In this document: positions 9,604 through 19,770 of the stretch, piece after piece
How the letters are laid out: each line of letters starts with the position of its first letter
Numbering within the stretch: position 1 is the first letter of the stretch
Assembly: GCA_039028615.1 (NCBI GenBank)
Contig: JBCCHT010000065.1
Span: 1-45,500, forward strand
DNA: 45,500 bases
Source: Myxococcota bacterium
GTDB taxonomy: Bacteria; Myxococcota_A; Polyangia; Nannocystales; Nannocystaceae
Direction of reading: 5' to 3'
Made by a program: the position numbers and the translations under genes
The notes under the pieces: model-generated
Seen by the model: only the letters and a program-made list of their open reading frames with translations
What the model was told of the DNA's origin: nothing
Database searches by the model: none

Positions 9604-11055
9604 TCAGCTCGCGCCGCTACGAAGAACGACCGCGGGGATCGTCTTGAGGATGATGGTGATGTCGAGCCACAACGACCAGTTGTCGATGTAGTCGAGGTCC
9701 ATCTGCATCCAGTCGTCGAAGTCGATCTGGTTGCGACCGGACACCTGCCACATGCCGGTCAAACCCGGCTTCACCGAGAGCCTACGACGCTGCCACGGCT
9801 TGTACTGATCGACCTCCGAGGGCAACGGCGGCCGCGGGCCGACCAGGCTCATGTCGCCCACGAAGATGTTGAACAGCTGGGGCAACTCGTCGATGGAGGT
9901 CTTGCGGATGAAGCGACCGACACCGGTAATGCGAGGGTCGCGTTTGATCTTGAACACGGGCCCGTCCATCTCGTTGAGATGCATCAGCTCGGCCTTGCGC
10001 TTCTCCGCGTCCATGACCATGGAGCGAAACTTGAGCATGGTGAACTTGCGGCCGTTGCGTCCTGCTCGGACCTGGCGGAAGAACACCGGCCCGGGGTCGG
10101 TGATGCGAATGGCGATGGCGGTCGCCAGCATGATGGGGCCGGCCACGATGATCCCGAACAGCGCCCCGCTGAAGTCCATGATGCGCTTGACCGCGAGGCG
10201 AGCCTCGCTGGTCGGCGTGCGCCGCAGGTTGAGCAGCGGGTAGTCGAAGCCCGAGACGTTGGCGATGGCCATGGTGCCCTTGGAGGGCACGGTGGCGGGC
10301 AGGTTGACCAGCACGTCCACGCCGCGGACCTCACACGAGGCCATGGCGTCGCGCAGGATTTCGGGATGCCGCCCGCCGACCGCGAACACGACCTCGTCGA
10401 CCGGCTGACGATCGAGCAGTGAAGCCAGGCTGCCCACGTAGCCGAGGTGGGGTCGGGCCTTGGCGTGACCGGACTCGCCGGGCACGCTGACGAACCCGAG
10501 GATCTTGATGTTCCACGGCGACTGGACGCGCAGCGAGTCGGCAAATGCGACGCCGCGATCGTTGGCGCCCACGATCACCACGCGGTGACCATCGTTGCCG
10601 CGACGGCGCACGACCTTGACCGCCTCCATCATCAGCACCCGCCCCAACATCAGGGCGGCCCACTGCAAGATGGCCATCATCCCGACGAAACTGCGCGAGA
10701 CGGAGTCGAGTCGGAACAGGAACACCGCCACCACGAGCAGGCCCAACCCGAGCGCCACCGCCCGGGCGTAGCGCCCCATCATGGTCCGGTACGAGACCCG
10801 AAAGTCACTGGTCCGACACCAGTAGAAGCTGATCCCCCACACGGCGGCCATGAGCGACAGCAGCTGGTAGTAGCCGGTCAGATCGCCCAGCGTGGCCACG
10901 TCGAAGTGCGGCACGTTCACCGCGATCCAGCCCCCCGCGTCGGCGTCGGTGAGCTGTTCTCGCAAGAAGAGGGCCGCCAGGAATGCGGCCGCGGACACCG
11001 TCACGTCGTAGACGATCAGGGCCTGCCGAAAGAAGACCGACTGTTGACGCCACAT
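9604..11055 (-). CDS. Priming polyisoprenyl-phosphate hexose-1-phosphate transferase (WcaJ/EpsZ-like sugar transferase)
   Basis: N-terminal TM helices, VVIVGA Rossmann-like domain, KRIMD, KFRSM, DPRIT..GRFIRKTSIDELPQL, SLVGPRP, KPGLTG.WQV, DLDYI. Confidence 0.92.
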   Translation of the reverse strand: MWRQQSVFFRQALIVYDVTVSAAAFLAALFLREQLTDADAGGWIAVNVPHFDVATLGDLTGYYQLLSLMAAVWGISFYWCRTSDFRVSYRTMMGRYARAVALGLGLLVVAVFLFRLDSVSRSFVGMMAILQWAALMLGRVLMMEAVKVVRRRGNDGHRVVIVGANDRGVAFADSLRVQSPWNIKILGFVSVPGESGHAKARPHLGYVGSLASLLDRQPVDEVVFAVGGRHPEILRDAMASCEVRGVDVLVNLPATVPSKGTMAIANVSGFDYPLLNLRRTPTSEARLAVKRIMDFSGALFGIIVAGPIMLATAIAIRITDPGPVFFRQVRAGRNGRKFTMLKFRSMVMDAEKRKAELMHLNEMDGPVFKIKRDPRITGVGRFIRKTSIDELPQLFNIFVGDMSLVGPRPPLPSEVDQYKPWQRRRLSVKPGLTGMWQVSGRNQIDFDDWMQMDLDYIDNWSLWLDITIILKTIPAVVLRSGAS

Positions 11056-11356
11056 GGAGAAGAAGTCGCCGTCGCTCCGAGGTCCGGCACAGCGCCGCCT
11101 GCGGGTTGCCCATGGTCGCACTCCAGGGCAAGGGGGCCAAGATGATCCGGGGCTCGCAGCGGTGCGCGTCGTCGCACGTTGACGCACCCCGAGGCCAGAT
11201 CTCGAAGCCGCGCGTTCATCATTTTTTCGTGCAACGACAACGAAGCAACGACGTCCGTCGTACCATGAGCCGTGGCCCGCACCACGGCGTCTCGCTCATT
11301 GCGCATTTGGCGGCGGCGCTCGATGTGCTAACCAAGACCCCTACCCGTCCCGGTCC

Positions 11357-13333
11357 ATGAATACTGGTCGTAGTGGAAAGACAGTGGTCCCTGGCTCTGC
11401 CGGCGGGCTCGACCAAATGCTGGAAGCAGCCGTCGGAGGGGCCCCCAACCCCGCGGCGTCGCATGCCTTTTTGCTCGTGCTGTCGGGTAGCGATCCAGGG
11501 CGTCTATACGTCCTCGAGCGCCCCGAGATGGTGATTGGCCGCTCTCGCTACGCGGACATCCCCATCAGCGAGCGCGCGCTTTCACAACAGCACTGCAAGA
11601 TCACGCGGCACGGCGAGCGTCATCGAATCTTCGATCTCGGCTCGACCAACGGCACCTTCGTCAACGACCTGCGCACGCAGCAGGCCGATCTCAAACCGGG
11701 CGACGTCATTCGCACGGGCGAGACGGTGTTCACGTACATGGCCGGCGGGCAGTCGGCGACCGCCGGGGCTGGCCCGGGGGTTCCCCCACCGCGCGCTCAG
11801 GCCCACGGAACGATCGAGCCGCCCGTGAGCACCGCGCTGGTGCGCACGGCCCCTCGCATCGATCCCCGGCCTCCGCCCCCCACCGCCGCGCTGGCCCGCC
11901 GCGCTCCGCAGCCGCTCATCACCGTGGCCGAGAACGGCTACGCCGGCTCGCCGCACTACCTCGAGGTCCCCGCCCAGACGGCGGCCGAACAGAGCCCCGA
12001 TCTGCTCGCGCGGATCCTGTGGGCGATCGATTTCCTCAAGCGCTACTGGCTGTCGATCCTGCTGCTCACCATGATCGGTGGGGGCGTCGGCGTAGCCTCG
12101 TACAAGTTCATCAAGCCGCCCGCCAAGGCCGAGTTCGAGATCAGCCTCGTCCCGCAGGCCAGCGACAACCCGGCCGAGCGGATGCGCCGTACGAACTTCG
12201 AGTTCTTCCGCTCCGCCAAGGACAACTTCAAGCGGCCGGGGCTCATCCACGAAACCCTCAAGCAGCTCGGCGAGACCAACATCTCGCCCGACTCCATCCG
12301 CGCCACGCAGGCGCAGCTCGAGTTCAACAAGGCCCGCGGCGGTCAGTACATCTACAAGGGCTCGTACACCGCCAAGACGCCCGACGCGGCCATCGAGTTC
12401 CTCAACGTCCACCTCAAGCTGTACAGCGACGCGGAGATCGAAAAGGCCCTCAAGGTCCTGCTGGCCGAGGTGGCGACGCTCGAGTCCCAGCTCAAGCAGG
12501 CAGAGGAGAAGCTCACCAGCACCACGCAGGCGCTGCTGGCCTTCAAGCAAGAACACATGGATGCCTTGCCCGAGCGCTCCGCCCACATCCTGGGCCGGGC
12601 TCTCGAGCTCGACAGCGAGCGCAGCCGGGCCATCAGCAACGTGACCCGCAGCACCTCCGACGCCCAGGTCGCCCGCAAGGCCCTGCGCAGCGAGGACCCG
12701 CTCATCCACGCCCGCATCGAGCAGTCGCGGCCCTACGCCGAGAGCATCACCGACGTCTCGCGTCGCCTGGCCGAGGCCGAGGCGCAGGGCAAGGGCCCCG
12801 AGCACCCCGAGGTCAAGCGCATGCTCGAGGAGAAGCGCACTCTCGAGGCGCTGCGCGACAAGGTCTTGCTCGAGGGCTCGGGCAGCAAGGTCATCAAGAC
12901 CAAGAACCCCGCCTACTCCAGCCGCCGCACCCAGCTCGACTTCGCCGAGGCGGCCCAGCGGGTGGCTCAGGCCGACCTCGCTCGCATCAACAAAGAGCTC
13001 GAGCAGTACGGCGGCCTCGTCGAGAAGCTGCCGCGCCTGCAGGCCGAGTACGCCGACCTGACCCGCAACGAAGCCGCGATGCAGCGGCAGTACAACGACC
13101 TGTTCCAGCAGCTCAACGGTACGCGGGTCCGCCTCGACCTCGAGCGAGCCCAGGCCGCCACCCGGCTCGACATCATCACCCCGCCCAACGTGGCTCCCGT
13201 CTCGCGGCTCAAGGAGCTGTTCATGCGCGGGGCCATCGGCACCTTCCTCGGCATGTTCATGGGCCTGGGCCTCGGGGTCATCCGCGAGCTGCGACGCTAC
13301 GTCGCCGCCCGGCTCGCCGCGGTCCGTCGCTAG
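11357..13333 (+). CDS. FHA domain fused to polysaccharide co-polymerase (Wzz/Wzc-type, no kinase domain)
   Basis: FHA motifs IGRS, SQQH, DLGSTNGTFVN; TM1 after FLKRYW; long coiled coil with PEHPEV; IITPP motif; Gly-rich TM2; short C-terminal tail. Confidence 0.8.
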   Translation: MNTGRSGKTVVPGSAGGLDQMLEAAVGGAPNPAASHAFLLVLSGSDPGRLYVLERPEMVIGRSRYADIPISERALSQQHCKITRHGERHRIFDLGSTNGTFVNDLRTQQADLKPGDVIRTGETVFTYMAGGQSATAGAGPGVPPPRAQAHGTIEPPVSTALVRTAPRIDPRPPPPTAALARRAPQPLITVAENGYAGSPHYLEVPAQTAAEQSPDLLARILWAIDFLKRYWLSILLLTMIGGGVGVASYKFIKPPAKAEFEISLVPQASDNPAERMRRTNFEFFRSAKDNFKRPGLIHETLKQLGETNISPDSIRATQAQLEFNKARGGQYIYKGSYTAKTPDAAIEFLNVHLKLYSDAEIEKALKVLLAEVATLESQLKQAEEKLTSTTQALLAFKQEHMDALPERSAHILGRALELDSERSRAISNVTRSTSDAQVARKALRSEDPLIHARIEQSRPYAESITDVSRRLAEAEAQGKGPEHPEVKRMLEEKRTLEALRDKVLLEGSGSKVIKTKNPAYSSRRTQLDFAEAAQRVAQADLARINKELEQYGGLVEKLPRLQAEYADLTRNEAAMQRQYNDLFQQLNGTRVRLDLERAQAATRLDIITPPNVAPVSRLKELFMRGAIGTFLGMFMGLGLGVIRELRRYVAARLAAVRR

Positions 13334-13355
13334 CCGTACGAGACCGAGCCAAACC

Positions 13356-13394
13356 ACGGGGGGCTGCGTCATGACGCGGTCCCCTGTTTCGTTT
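13356..13394 (+). terminator. Intrinsic terminator after the FHA-co-polymerase gene
   Basis: ACGGGGGGCTGCGTCA/TGACGCGGTCCCCTGT inverted repeat followed by TTCGTTT, between convergent genes. Confidence 0.65.
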
Positions 13395-13435
13395 CGAAAG
13401 CCGACGCGCGGAGACGCTGCCCCGAGCGGGAGCGC

Positions 13436-14752
13436 TCAGGTGCTCCAGAAGCTGCGGAACGCCACGTAGGTCCAGAACTCGAACTGCGGGAACGGGTTGC
13501 TGCCCGCCGAGGCCAAGTGCGGACCACGACCGGTGAAGATGGTCCCGAACTCGAGCGAGAGGCTCCGGCTCAGGGTGTAGGTGACCGGCGTCGCGAAGCC
13601 GATCGCCGTACGCCCCGCCGCCGGGTTATCGGCCTCCGTCTCCGTGGGGCTGGTCGGCGGCGTGTAGAAGCTGGCCGTGACGCCGGCCGTGACGTCGGGC
13701 GGCATCGAGAAGTTCACGCCGAAGCCACCGCCCACCAGCGGCAGCACCGAGCCCTGCACCGCGTCGAAATACGCCTGCGTGCCCATGTTGAAGGTGGTCG
13801 CGATCCGCAGTCGCGACCGCTGGAGCACGCGCCCGGACAGCAGGTAGTCCACCGTCGGCAGCACGGGCAGGCCCGAGGGCGCCGCGGTGTCCGAGGTCCG
13901 AGCGCGCACCTGAGACGTGAAGAACACGCCCAGGGCCAGCTGGTTGTCGAGGCGGGGCCGGAGCCGTCGCAGCCAGCGAACGTCGGTCGACGCGAAGGCC
14001 TGCGATCCGTTGTCGCCGAAGTCCGCGTAGCCGCCTCCGAAGGTCGTCGAGATGCTGTCGATGGCCGAGGCGGTGTAGCCGTGGCTGACGCCCAGGTTGG
14101 CCGAGGTCTGGTTGTAGCTGGTGCCGCCGCCGTCCTCGACCGGGGTGCGAATCAGCCGACGAATGGTGACGCCCGGCTGGATGGTGAGCGAGTGCAGCGG
14201 GCTGAGCCGACCGGTGAAGCCGACGCCCGCCGAGGCGCCACCTGTGACCAGGATGGGCGCGGTGGGGATCGACCCCTGGATGTTGCCCTCGCTGTCGACG
14301 GCGACGCCGTTGTCGTCATCGACCTCGCCGCCGCCGCTGCCGTCGGTGCCCAGGCGGGAGGCCTGGAGGCTGTAGTCCGACTCGCCGATGGTGCCCGCGG
14401 CCGTGCCTACCCAGCTCCAGCGCGTGTTGAGGTCACCGCTGTAGCGCCCGCGCACCTGGTGGAAGAACAGCGGCCGCCGCACCGTGGTCGATGCGAAGTA
14501 CTGCTGCGACATCACCATGAACATCTGCGGCGAGTACTCGAGCAGCAGCTGCCGGTTGCGGATGCGGTCGCCGTACTGAACCGTCGCCGTGGGCACGATG
14601 GACACGCGCGCGGTCGGGGCCGGATCGCCGCCGGACTGCAGCGGGGCGTAACCACCACGCAGCTCGACCGCGACTCCACCACTGAAGTCGACGGTCTTGG
14701 CCCACGGGTCGATGAGCAGGACCAAGCCCAGCAGGAGAGGGCTGGCGAGCAC
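13436..14752 (-). CDS. Outer-membrane beta-barrel protein, probable polysaccharide porin (EpsX/Wzp-like)
   Basis: Signal peptide, alternating amphipathic strands rich in G/S/T/F/Y, aromatic C-terminus YVAFRSFWST; directly downstream of the OPX gene. Confidence 0.65.
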   Translation of the reverse strand: MLASPLLLGLVLLIDPWAKTVDFSGGVAVELRGGYAPLQSGGDPAPTARVSIVPTATVQYGDRIRNRQLLLEYSPQMFMVMSQQYFASTTVRRPLFFHQVRGRYSGDLNTRWSWVGTAAGTIGESDYSLQASRLGTDGSGGGEVDDDNGVAVDSEGNIQGSIPTAPILVTGGASAGVGFTGRLSPLHSLTIQPGVTIRRLIRTPVEDGGGTSYNQTSANLGVSHGYTASAIDSISTTFGGGYADFGDNGSQAFASTDVRWLRRLRPRLDNQLALGVFFTSQVRARTSDTAAPSGLPVLPTVDYLLSGRVLQRSRLRIATTFNMGTQAYFDAVQGSVLPLVGGGFGVNFSMPPDVTAGVTASFYTPPTSPTETEADNPAAGRTAIGFATPVTYTLSRSLSLEFGTIFTGRGPHLASAGSNPFPQFEFWTYVAFRSFWST

Positions 14753-14773
14753 GATGCTGCGACGGCCTTTCCG

Positions 14774-15373
14774 TTACTGGACGACGATGACGTCGCCGTC
14801 GCGAATCTCGAAGTCGATGGTCCGCTCGACGCCGCCGACCAGATCCTCGTAGCGGAACCGGATGCGGGTGGGCTCGGGATAGGTGCGGACGACGAAGATC
14901 TTGGTGGGATGGGCGAACTCGGTCAGGCCGCCCGCGCGAGCAAGGGTGGTGACCAGACGCTCTCCGTTGCTCACCTCGAACTGACCGGGGTTGCGGACCT
15001 CGCCCACCACCGCCACGACGGGGGTGCGGGGCTCGACCACCGTGACGCGGACCTTGGGGTCGCGAACGATGCCGTTGAGGCGGCTATTGAGCTGCTGGGC
15101 GGCCTGCGCCGGGGTCAGCCCATCCACGGGGACCGGGCCGACGAAGGGCACCATGATGCTGCCGTCCGCCGTCACCGCCAGGTCGCCCGCCTTGTCGAGT
15201 TCCGCCTCCATCCCCGGGATGGTCAGTCGAATCACGTCCCCCGTCCGCAGAGGCATGCTGTCGACGGGAATCTCGCTGGGAGGGACCTCCTCCGCCCAGA
15301 CGAAGGGGTGCTTGGGCTGGCAGGCAACCGCGCCGAGCAGGGCTACGGCCAACAGAGCGTGCTTGATCGTCAT
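14774..15373 (-). CDS. Short OPX polysaccharide export lipoprotein (Poly_export plus one SLBB; EpsY-like)
   Basis: Lipobox AVA-C; GDVIRL, VTADGSIMVPFVGPV..GLT, VVGEVRNPG, AGGLT; ends at DGDVIVVQ with no Wza C-terminal helix. Confidence 0.9.
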   Translation of the reverse strand: MTIKHALLAVALLGAVACQPKHPFVWAEEVPPSEIPVDSMPLRTGDVIRLTIPGMEAELDKAGDLAVTADGSIMVPFVGPVPVDGLTPAQAAQQLNSRLNGIVRDPKVRVTVVEPRTPVVAVVGEVRNPGQFEVSNGERLVTTLARAGGLTEFAHPTKIFVVRTYPEPTRIRFRYEDLVGGVERTIDFEIRDGDVIVVQ

Positions 15374-15651
15374 ACCGCGGCAGCGATGATCGGGCGCCGA
15401 GCGCAGACTGGCAAGGTCCCTCACTCCGGTTACGCCCAGTGCCTGATCAGTCGCTTCCTACGGCAGATCCTGCGTTCGAGGGCCGCGAATTTTGCCGATG
15501 TTTCGGCGGTGCGGGCGGCACGAACGATCCACTGCTCCAACAAAGGACGTGAGAATCCAAACCTTCCTCTAGGTCTTTCAAGGCAAGGGTGAAACACTGT
15601 GCTAGCGTTTTACCGACTGAAAGAATTGTGAGCCGAACGGGGGTTGTAAGC

Positions 15652-16020
15652 GTGGAGAGTCAGGATACCCAATCAGCAGCCGATAGAAGACAGTTCCCTC
15701 GCGTCGCCGCACCCATGTATTGCCGGCCCGCTCGCCGGCGTTTGCTTCGACGACGCAAGGTGCTCGATATCGGCCTTGGCGGCATGCGGGTCTATAGCGA
15801 CGACGAGTTCAAGAAGGGCTCGCGCATGGAGATCGATTTGCTCCTGGCCGACCGCGACGACTTCGTCACCTGCCTGACCGAGGTCGTATGGACCCGGGCG
15901 ATTCCCGGCGGCGTACCTGCGGCCTACGACCTGGGCCTGCGCTTCCTCGACATCCCCGTCGACGCTCGCACGATGATCGAGCGGCTCATCTCCGAGTCCG
16001 AACACCGCCCCGAAGCCTGA
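15652..16020 (+). CDS. Stand-alone PilZ domain protein
   Basis: RRQFPR (RxxxR) and DIGLGG motifs, EVVW, GLRF; GTG start after GGGGG chosen (ORF is open from 15589). Confidence 0.85.
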   Translation: MESQDTQSAADRRQFPRVAAPMYCRPARRRLLRRRKVLDIGLGGMRVYSDDEFKKGSRMEIDLLLADRDDFVTCLTEVVWTRAIPGGVPAAYDLGLRFLDIPVDARTMIERLISESEHRPEA

Positions 16021-16029
16021 GCGCTTCGA

Positions 16030-16890
16030 TCAGCCGTCGGCCGGCAGCCGGCGCACGACCTCAGCCACCTGCTCTTCCCACGCGGGCATGGGGCCGAGGA
16101 GTGCTTCGGTCGGGGCCAGATCCAACACGCTGTACGCGGGTCGCTTGGCGGGTCGCGGGAAGTCGGCGGTGGTGCACGGCGACACGACGCAGGCCGGGTT
16201 GACCTGCTCGATCACCGCCTTGGCGAGCCCATACCAGGTGCACTCGCCACCGTCGGTCACGTGCAAGGTGCCGTGCGCCTGTTGGCGGAGCAGGGCCAGC
16301 GAGGCCGACGCCAGGTGCTCGGCGCTGGTGGGCCGGCCCCGCTGATCGTCGACGACCGACAGCGACTCCTTGGTCTTACCCAGGCGCGCCATGGTCCGCA
16401 CGAAGTTGTTGGCCCAGGGCGCGTACAGCCAGCTGGTGCGCAGCAACAAGAACCGAACGCCGGACTGCTCGATGGCCTCTTCGCCCACCGCCTTGCTGCG
16501 GCCGTAGGCGTTCAGCGGCGCCCGCGGGTGATCGACGGCATACGGCGAGGTCGCGTCGCCCTCGAACACGTAGTCGGTGCTGTAGTGCACCAAGGTGGCG
16601 TCCATGGCCCGACAGCGCTCGGCGAGCCACCCCACGCCGTGGCCGTTGAGCACGGTGGCTTCGTCCTCATGCTCCTCGGCCCCGTCGACGTTCGTGTAGC
16701 CCGTGCAGTTGACGACGACGTCGAAGCCCTCGATGGGGAGCGCGTCGACGTGGGCGCGCTGGGTCAGGTCGAAGTCCGGGTAGCTGCGAACGTCGTGGGT
16801 CAGGCCCTCGCGCTGCAGCAGGCCGAGCCACGCCTGCCCCAACATGCCGTCGGGGCCCAGCACCAACACGCGTGGCGTCGCCGCGCTCAT
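16030..16890 (-). CDS. rmlD: dTDP-4-dehydrorhamnose reductase
   Basis: GPDGMLG, YTNVDGAE, STDYVFEG, YGRSK, VVDDQRGRPT, RPAKRP.YSVL; ATGA overlap with rmlC. Confidence 0.95.
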   Translation of the reverse strand: MSAATPRVLVLGPDGMLGQAWLGLLQREGLTHDVRSYPDFDLTQRAHVDALPIEGFDVVVNCTGYTNVDGAEEHEDEATVLNGHGVGWLAERCRAMDATLVHYSTDYVFEGDATSPYAVDHPRAPLNAYGRSKAVGEEAIEQSGVRFLLLRTSWLYAPWANNFVRTMARLGKTKESLSVVDDQRGRPTSAEHLASASLALLRQQAHGTLHVTDGGECTWYGLAKAVIEQVNPACVVSPCTTADFPRPAKRPAYSVLDLAPTEALLGPMPAWEEQVAEVVRRLPADG

Positions 16891-17450
16891 TGAGCGTCGG
16901 TCCAGCTCGGCAGGCGCTCGGCCGGGACTTCGGCCAGCGTCGGGAACGCGGCGTCCTTGGGCGACAGGGAAGGCTCGCTCACCGGCCACTCGATGCCGAC
17001 CTTGGGGTCGTTCCAGATGATGCCCATCTCGGTCTCGCGGTGATACGCCTCGGTGCACTTGTACGAGAACAAAGCGTCCTCGCTGGTGACGCAGAAGCCG
17101 TGGGCGAAGCCGGGCGGGATGTAGACCTGCCGGTGGTTTTCGCCGGACAGCGTGGTGCCGATCCACTCGCCGAAGGTGGGCGAGCCGACGCGCACGTCGA
17201 CGGCGACATCGAAGACCTCGCCCTGCACCACCTGGACGAGCTTGCCCTGACCGAAGGGATGCTGGAGGTGAAGCCCCCGCAGGATGCCCTTGGAGGACTT
17301 GGACATGTTGTCCTGCACGAAGTCGCTGGGCAGCCCCGCCTCTTGGTAGCGCTTTTGGGCGAAGGTCTCGAGGAAGAACCCGCGCGTGTCCGCGTAGACG
17401 GCGGGCTCGATGATGACGACGCCCTTGAGCTTCGTGTGCGTGACCTTCAT
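16887..17450 (-). CDS. rmlC: dTDP-4-dehydrorhamnose 3,5-epimerase
   Basis: [45 protein letters not shown]; start MKVTHT overlaps the rmlA stop. Confidence 0.96.
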   Translation of the reverse strand: MKVTHTKLKGVVIIEPAVYADTRGFFLETFAQKRYQEAGLPSDFVQDNMSKSSKGILRGLHLQHPFGQGKLVQVVQGEVFDVAVDVRVGSPTFGEWIGTTLSGENHRQVYIPPGFAHGFCVTSEDALFSYKCTEAYHRETEMGIIWNDPKVGIEWPVSEPSLSPKDAAFPTLAEVPAERLPSWTDAQ

Positions 17451-18340
17451 CGACGAACCTCGTCCTGGCTGAGCAGGCCCTTGAGGTACTGACCGTAGGC
17501 CGTCTTGGCCAAGGCGTCGGCCTGCTCGGCGAGCTGAGCGTCGGTGATCCAGCCCTTGAAGAACGCGATTTCCTCGGGGCACGCGATCATCAGGCCCTGC
17601 CGATGCTCGATGGTCTGGATGAAGGTGGCCGCCTCGAGCAGCGCGTCGGGGTTCCCGGTGTCGAGCCAGGCAAAGCCACGACCGAGGGTCTCGAGGTGCA
17701 GGTTGTTCTGCTCGAGGTACACGCGGTTGAGGTCGGTGATCTCGAGCTCGCCGCGCGCGGAGGGCTTGAGCGAGCTGGCCAGCTCGCAGACCTGCTCGTC
17801 GTAGAAGTAAAGGCCGGTGACCGCGTAGTTCGAGCGAGGCTTGGCCGGCTTCTCCTCGATGGTGAGGACCTTGCCGTCGTCGTCGATCTCGGCCACGCCG
17901 TAGATCTCGGGGTTCTTCACCCAGTAGCCGAAGACGGTGGCGCCCTGCTTGCGCGAGGCGGCCCGGCCGACGATGGTCTGCAGCTCGTTGCCGTAGAAGA
18001 TGTTGTCGCCCAGCACCAGGGCGCAGGGCTCGGTGCCGCCGCCCGCGAAGGGCTTGCCGATGATGAAGGCCTGCGCGAGGCCGTCGGGGCTCGGCTGCAC
18101 CTCCCAGGTGATTTCCACGCCCCACTGCGAGCCGTCGCCCAGCGTGCGCTGGAACATCGACTGCTCGTGCGGGGTGGTGATGATGAGGATCTTCCGAATC
18201 CCGGCCAGCATCAGCGTGGTCAGGGGGTAGTAGATCATCGGCTTGTCGTAGATGGGCATGAGCTGCTTGCTCACGCCCTTCGTCAGGGGATGCAGTCGCG
18301 TCCCCGAGCCGCCCGCCAGGATGATTCCCTTTTCGATCAT
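17447..18340 (-). CDS. rmlA: Glucose-1-phosphate thymidylyltransferase
   Basis: [57 protein letters not shown]. Confidence 0.97.
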   Translation of the reverse strand: MIEKGIILAGGSGTRLHPLTKGVSKQLMPIYDKPMIYYPLTTLMLAGIRKILIITTPHEQSMFQRTLGDGSQWGVEITWEVQPSPDGLAQAFIIGKPFAGGGTEPCALVLGDNIFYGNELQTIVGRAASRKQGATVFGYWVKNPEIYGVAEIDDDGKVLTIEEKPAKPRSNYAVTGLYFYDEQVCELASSLKPSARGELEITDLNRVYLEQNNLHLETLGRGFAWLDTGNPDALLEAATFIQTIEHRQGLMIACPEEIAFFKGWITDAQLAEQADALAKTAYGQYLKGLLSQDEVRR

Positions 18341-18349
18341 GTCAGCCCC

Positions 18350-19396
18350 TCAGCCCCGGTTGTCGTAGTTTTTCTCGATCCAGTTGCGATACTCGCCGGT
18401 CCGCACCTGCTCGATCCATTCCGGGTTGTCCAGGTACCACTTGATGGTCTTGCGTAGGCCGGTCGCGAAGGTCTCGGTGGGTTCCCAGCCGAGCTCGTTC
18501 CGGATCTTGGTGGCATCGATGGCGTAGCGCAGGTCGTGCCCGGGGCGGTCTTTCACGTAGGTGATGAGCCCCTCGAGCGAGTCCTTGGTCTTGCCCGTCA
18601 GGTCGGCCACGATGGCGCAGATTTCCTTGACGACGTCGATGTTGCGGACCTCGTTGTTGCCACCGATGTTGTAGGTCTCGCCGTCCTTGCCCTCGAGGAT
18701 GACCTTCCAGATCGCCTCGCAGTGGTCGACGACGTAGAGCCAGTCGCGGACGTTGAGCCCCTCGCCGTAGACCGGCAGCGGCTTGCCGTCGACGGCGTTC
18801 ATCACCATCAGCGGGATCAGCTTCTCGGGGAACTGCAGCGGGCCGTAGTTGTTCGAGCAGTTCGTGATGCGGGTCCGCATCTTGAAGGTACGCGCATAGG
18901 CCCGCACCAGGTGGTCGCTGGCCGCCTTCGAGGCCGAGTACGGCGACGACGGATCGTAGCGCGTGGTCTCGGTGAACATGCCGGTATCACCCAGCGACCC
19001 GTAGACCTCGTCGGTGCTCACGTGGTGGAAGAGCCCTTCCCCATCGCCCCAGTGCTTGCGCGCCGCCTCGAGCAGGTTGAAGGTGCCTTCGATGTTGCTC
19101 TGGATGAACGCCCGCGGCCCGGAGATGCTGCGATCGACGTGGCTCTCGGCGGCGAAGTGCACGACGAGCTCCGGTTTGTGCTCGGTGAACACCTTGTCGA
19201 CGGCCTCGAAGTCCACGATATCGACGACCTCGAGCTTGTAGTTATCCGCCTTGGCGACCGATTCGAGGCTGCCGAGGTTGGCCGCATACGTGAGCTTGTC
19301 CAAGTTGATGAACGTGTGCTCCGGATGCTTGGGAACGAGGTGGTTGAGGAAGTTGGCACCGATGAAACCGGCGCCTCCAGTCACGAGGATCTTCAT
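18350..19396 (-). CDS. rmlB: dTDP-glucose 4,6-dehydratase
   Basis: [57 protein letters not shown]. Confidence 0.97.
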   Translation of the reverse strand: MKILVTGGAGFIGANFLNHLVPKHPEHTFINLDKLTYAANLGSLESVAKADNYKLEVVDIVDFEAVDKVFTEHKPELVVHFAAESHVDRSISGPRAFIQSNIEGTFNLLEAARKHWGDGEGLFHHVSTDEVYGSLGDTGMFTETTRYDPSSPYSASKAASDHLVRAYARTFKMRTRITNCSNNYGPLQFPEKLIPLMVMNAVDGKPLPVYGEGLNVRDWLYVVDHCEAIWKVILEGKDGETYNIGGNNEVRNIDVVKEICAIVADLTGKTKDSLEGLITYVKDRPGHDLRYAIDATKIRNELGWEPTETFATGLRKTIKWYLDNPEWIEQVRTGEYRNWIEKNYDNRG

Positions 19397-19703
19397 GGCG
19401 GCTCACCCCTAAAGGTCGGGGCAGCCATGGTAGCGGCATAAAGGGGACGAGCACGAAGGCCGATCGCCCGAGCCGCGAGAGTTGTCGCAAACCCGCATGC
19501 TGCGCGCCGTCTACGGCGTTTCACATCGAATTCGCTCGCGAAACATTTCACGTGACGAAGCGAGGCCACCGTCCCGGCTCGGGCGAGCGATGACGCTCGC
19601 GGCAGCGAGGAGGGACGGTGCTCGGACACGTTCGCGCGACATGGCCGAACACGAGCACGCGACCTCCTTGCATCGCGATTTCAGCCAGGTCGGGCCGGAG
19701 CGG

Positions 19704-19748
19704 TTAAATGAACGAGCCCGGTGCCGACGGAAGGTCGGACCGGGCTCG
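19704..19748 (-). terminator. Intrinsic terminator after the low-complexity lipoprotein gene
   Basis: CGAGCCCGGT (19713-22)/ACCGGGCTCG (19739-48) stem with inner CCGAC/GTCGG; TTCATTT tail on the minus strand. Confidence 0.6.
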
Positions 19749-19770
19749 GGTTGGTCAGAAGACCAGGCGA

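Noticed and set aside
17451..18125. Apparent long N-terminal extensions on RmlC (and likewise RmlD)
   Set aside because: Alternative-frame read-through of the upstream gene; the true starts are the ATGA overlaps
19425..19440. GGTAGCG resembling an ops/JUMPstart element upstream of rmlB
   Set aside because: It is on the wrong strand for rmlB and only a partial match; the minus strand reads TACCAT, more likely a -10 element
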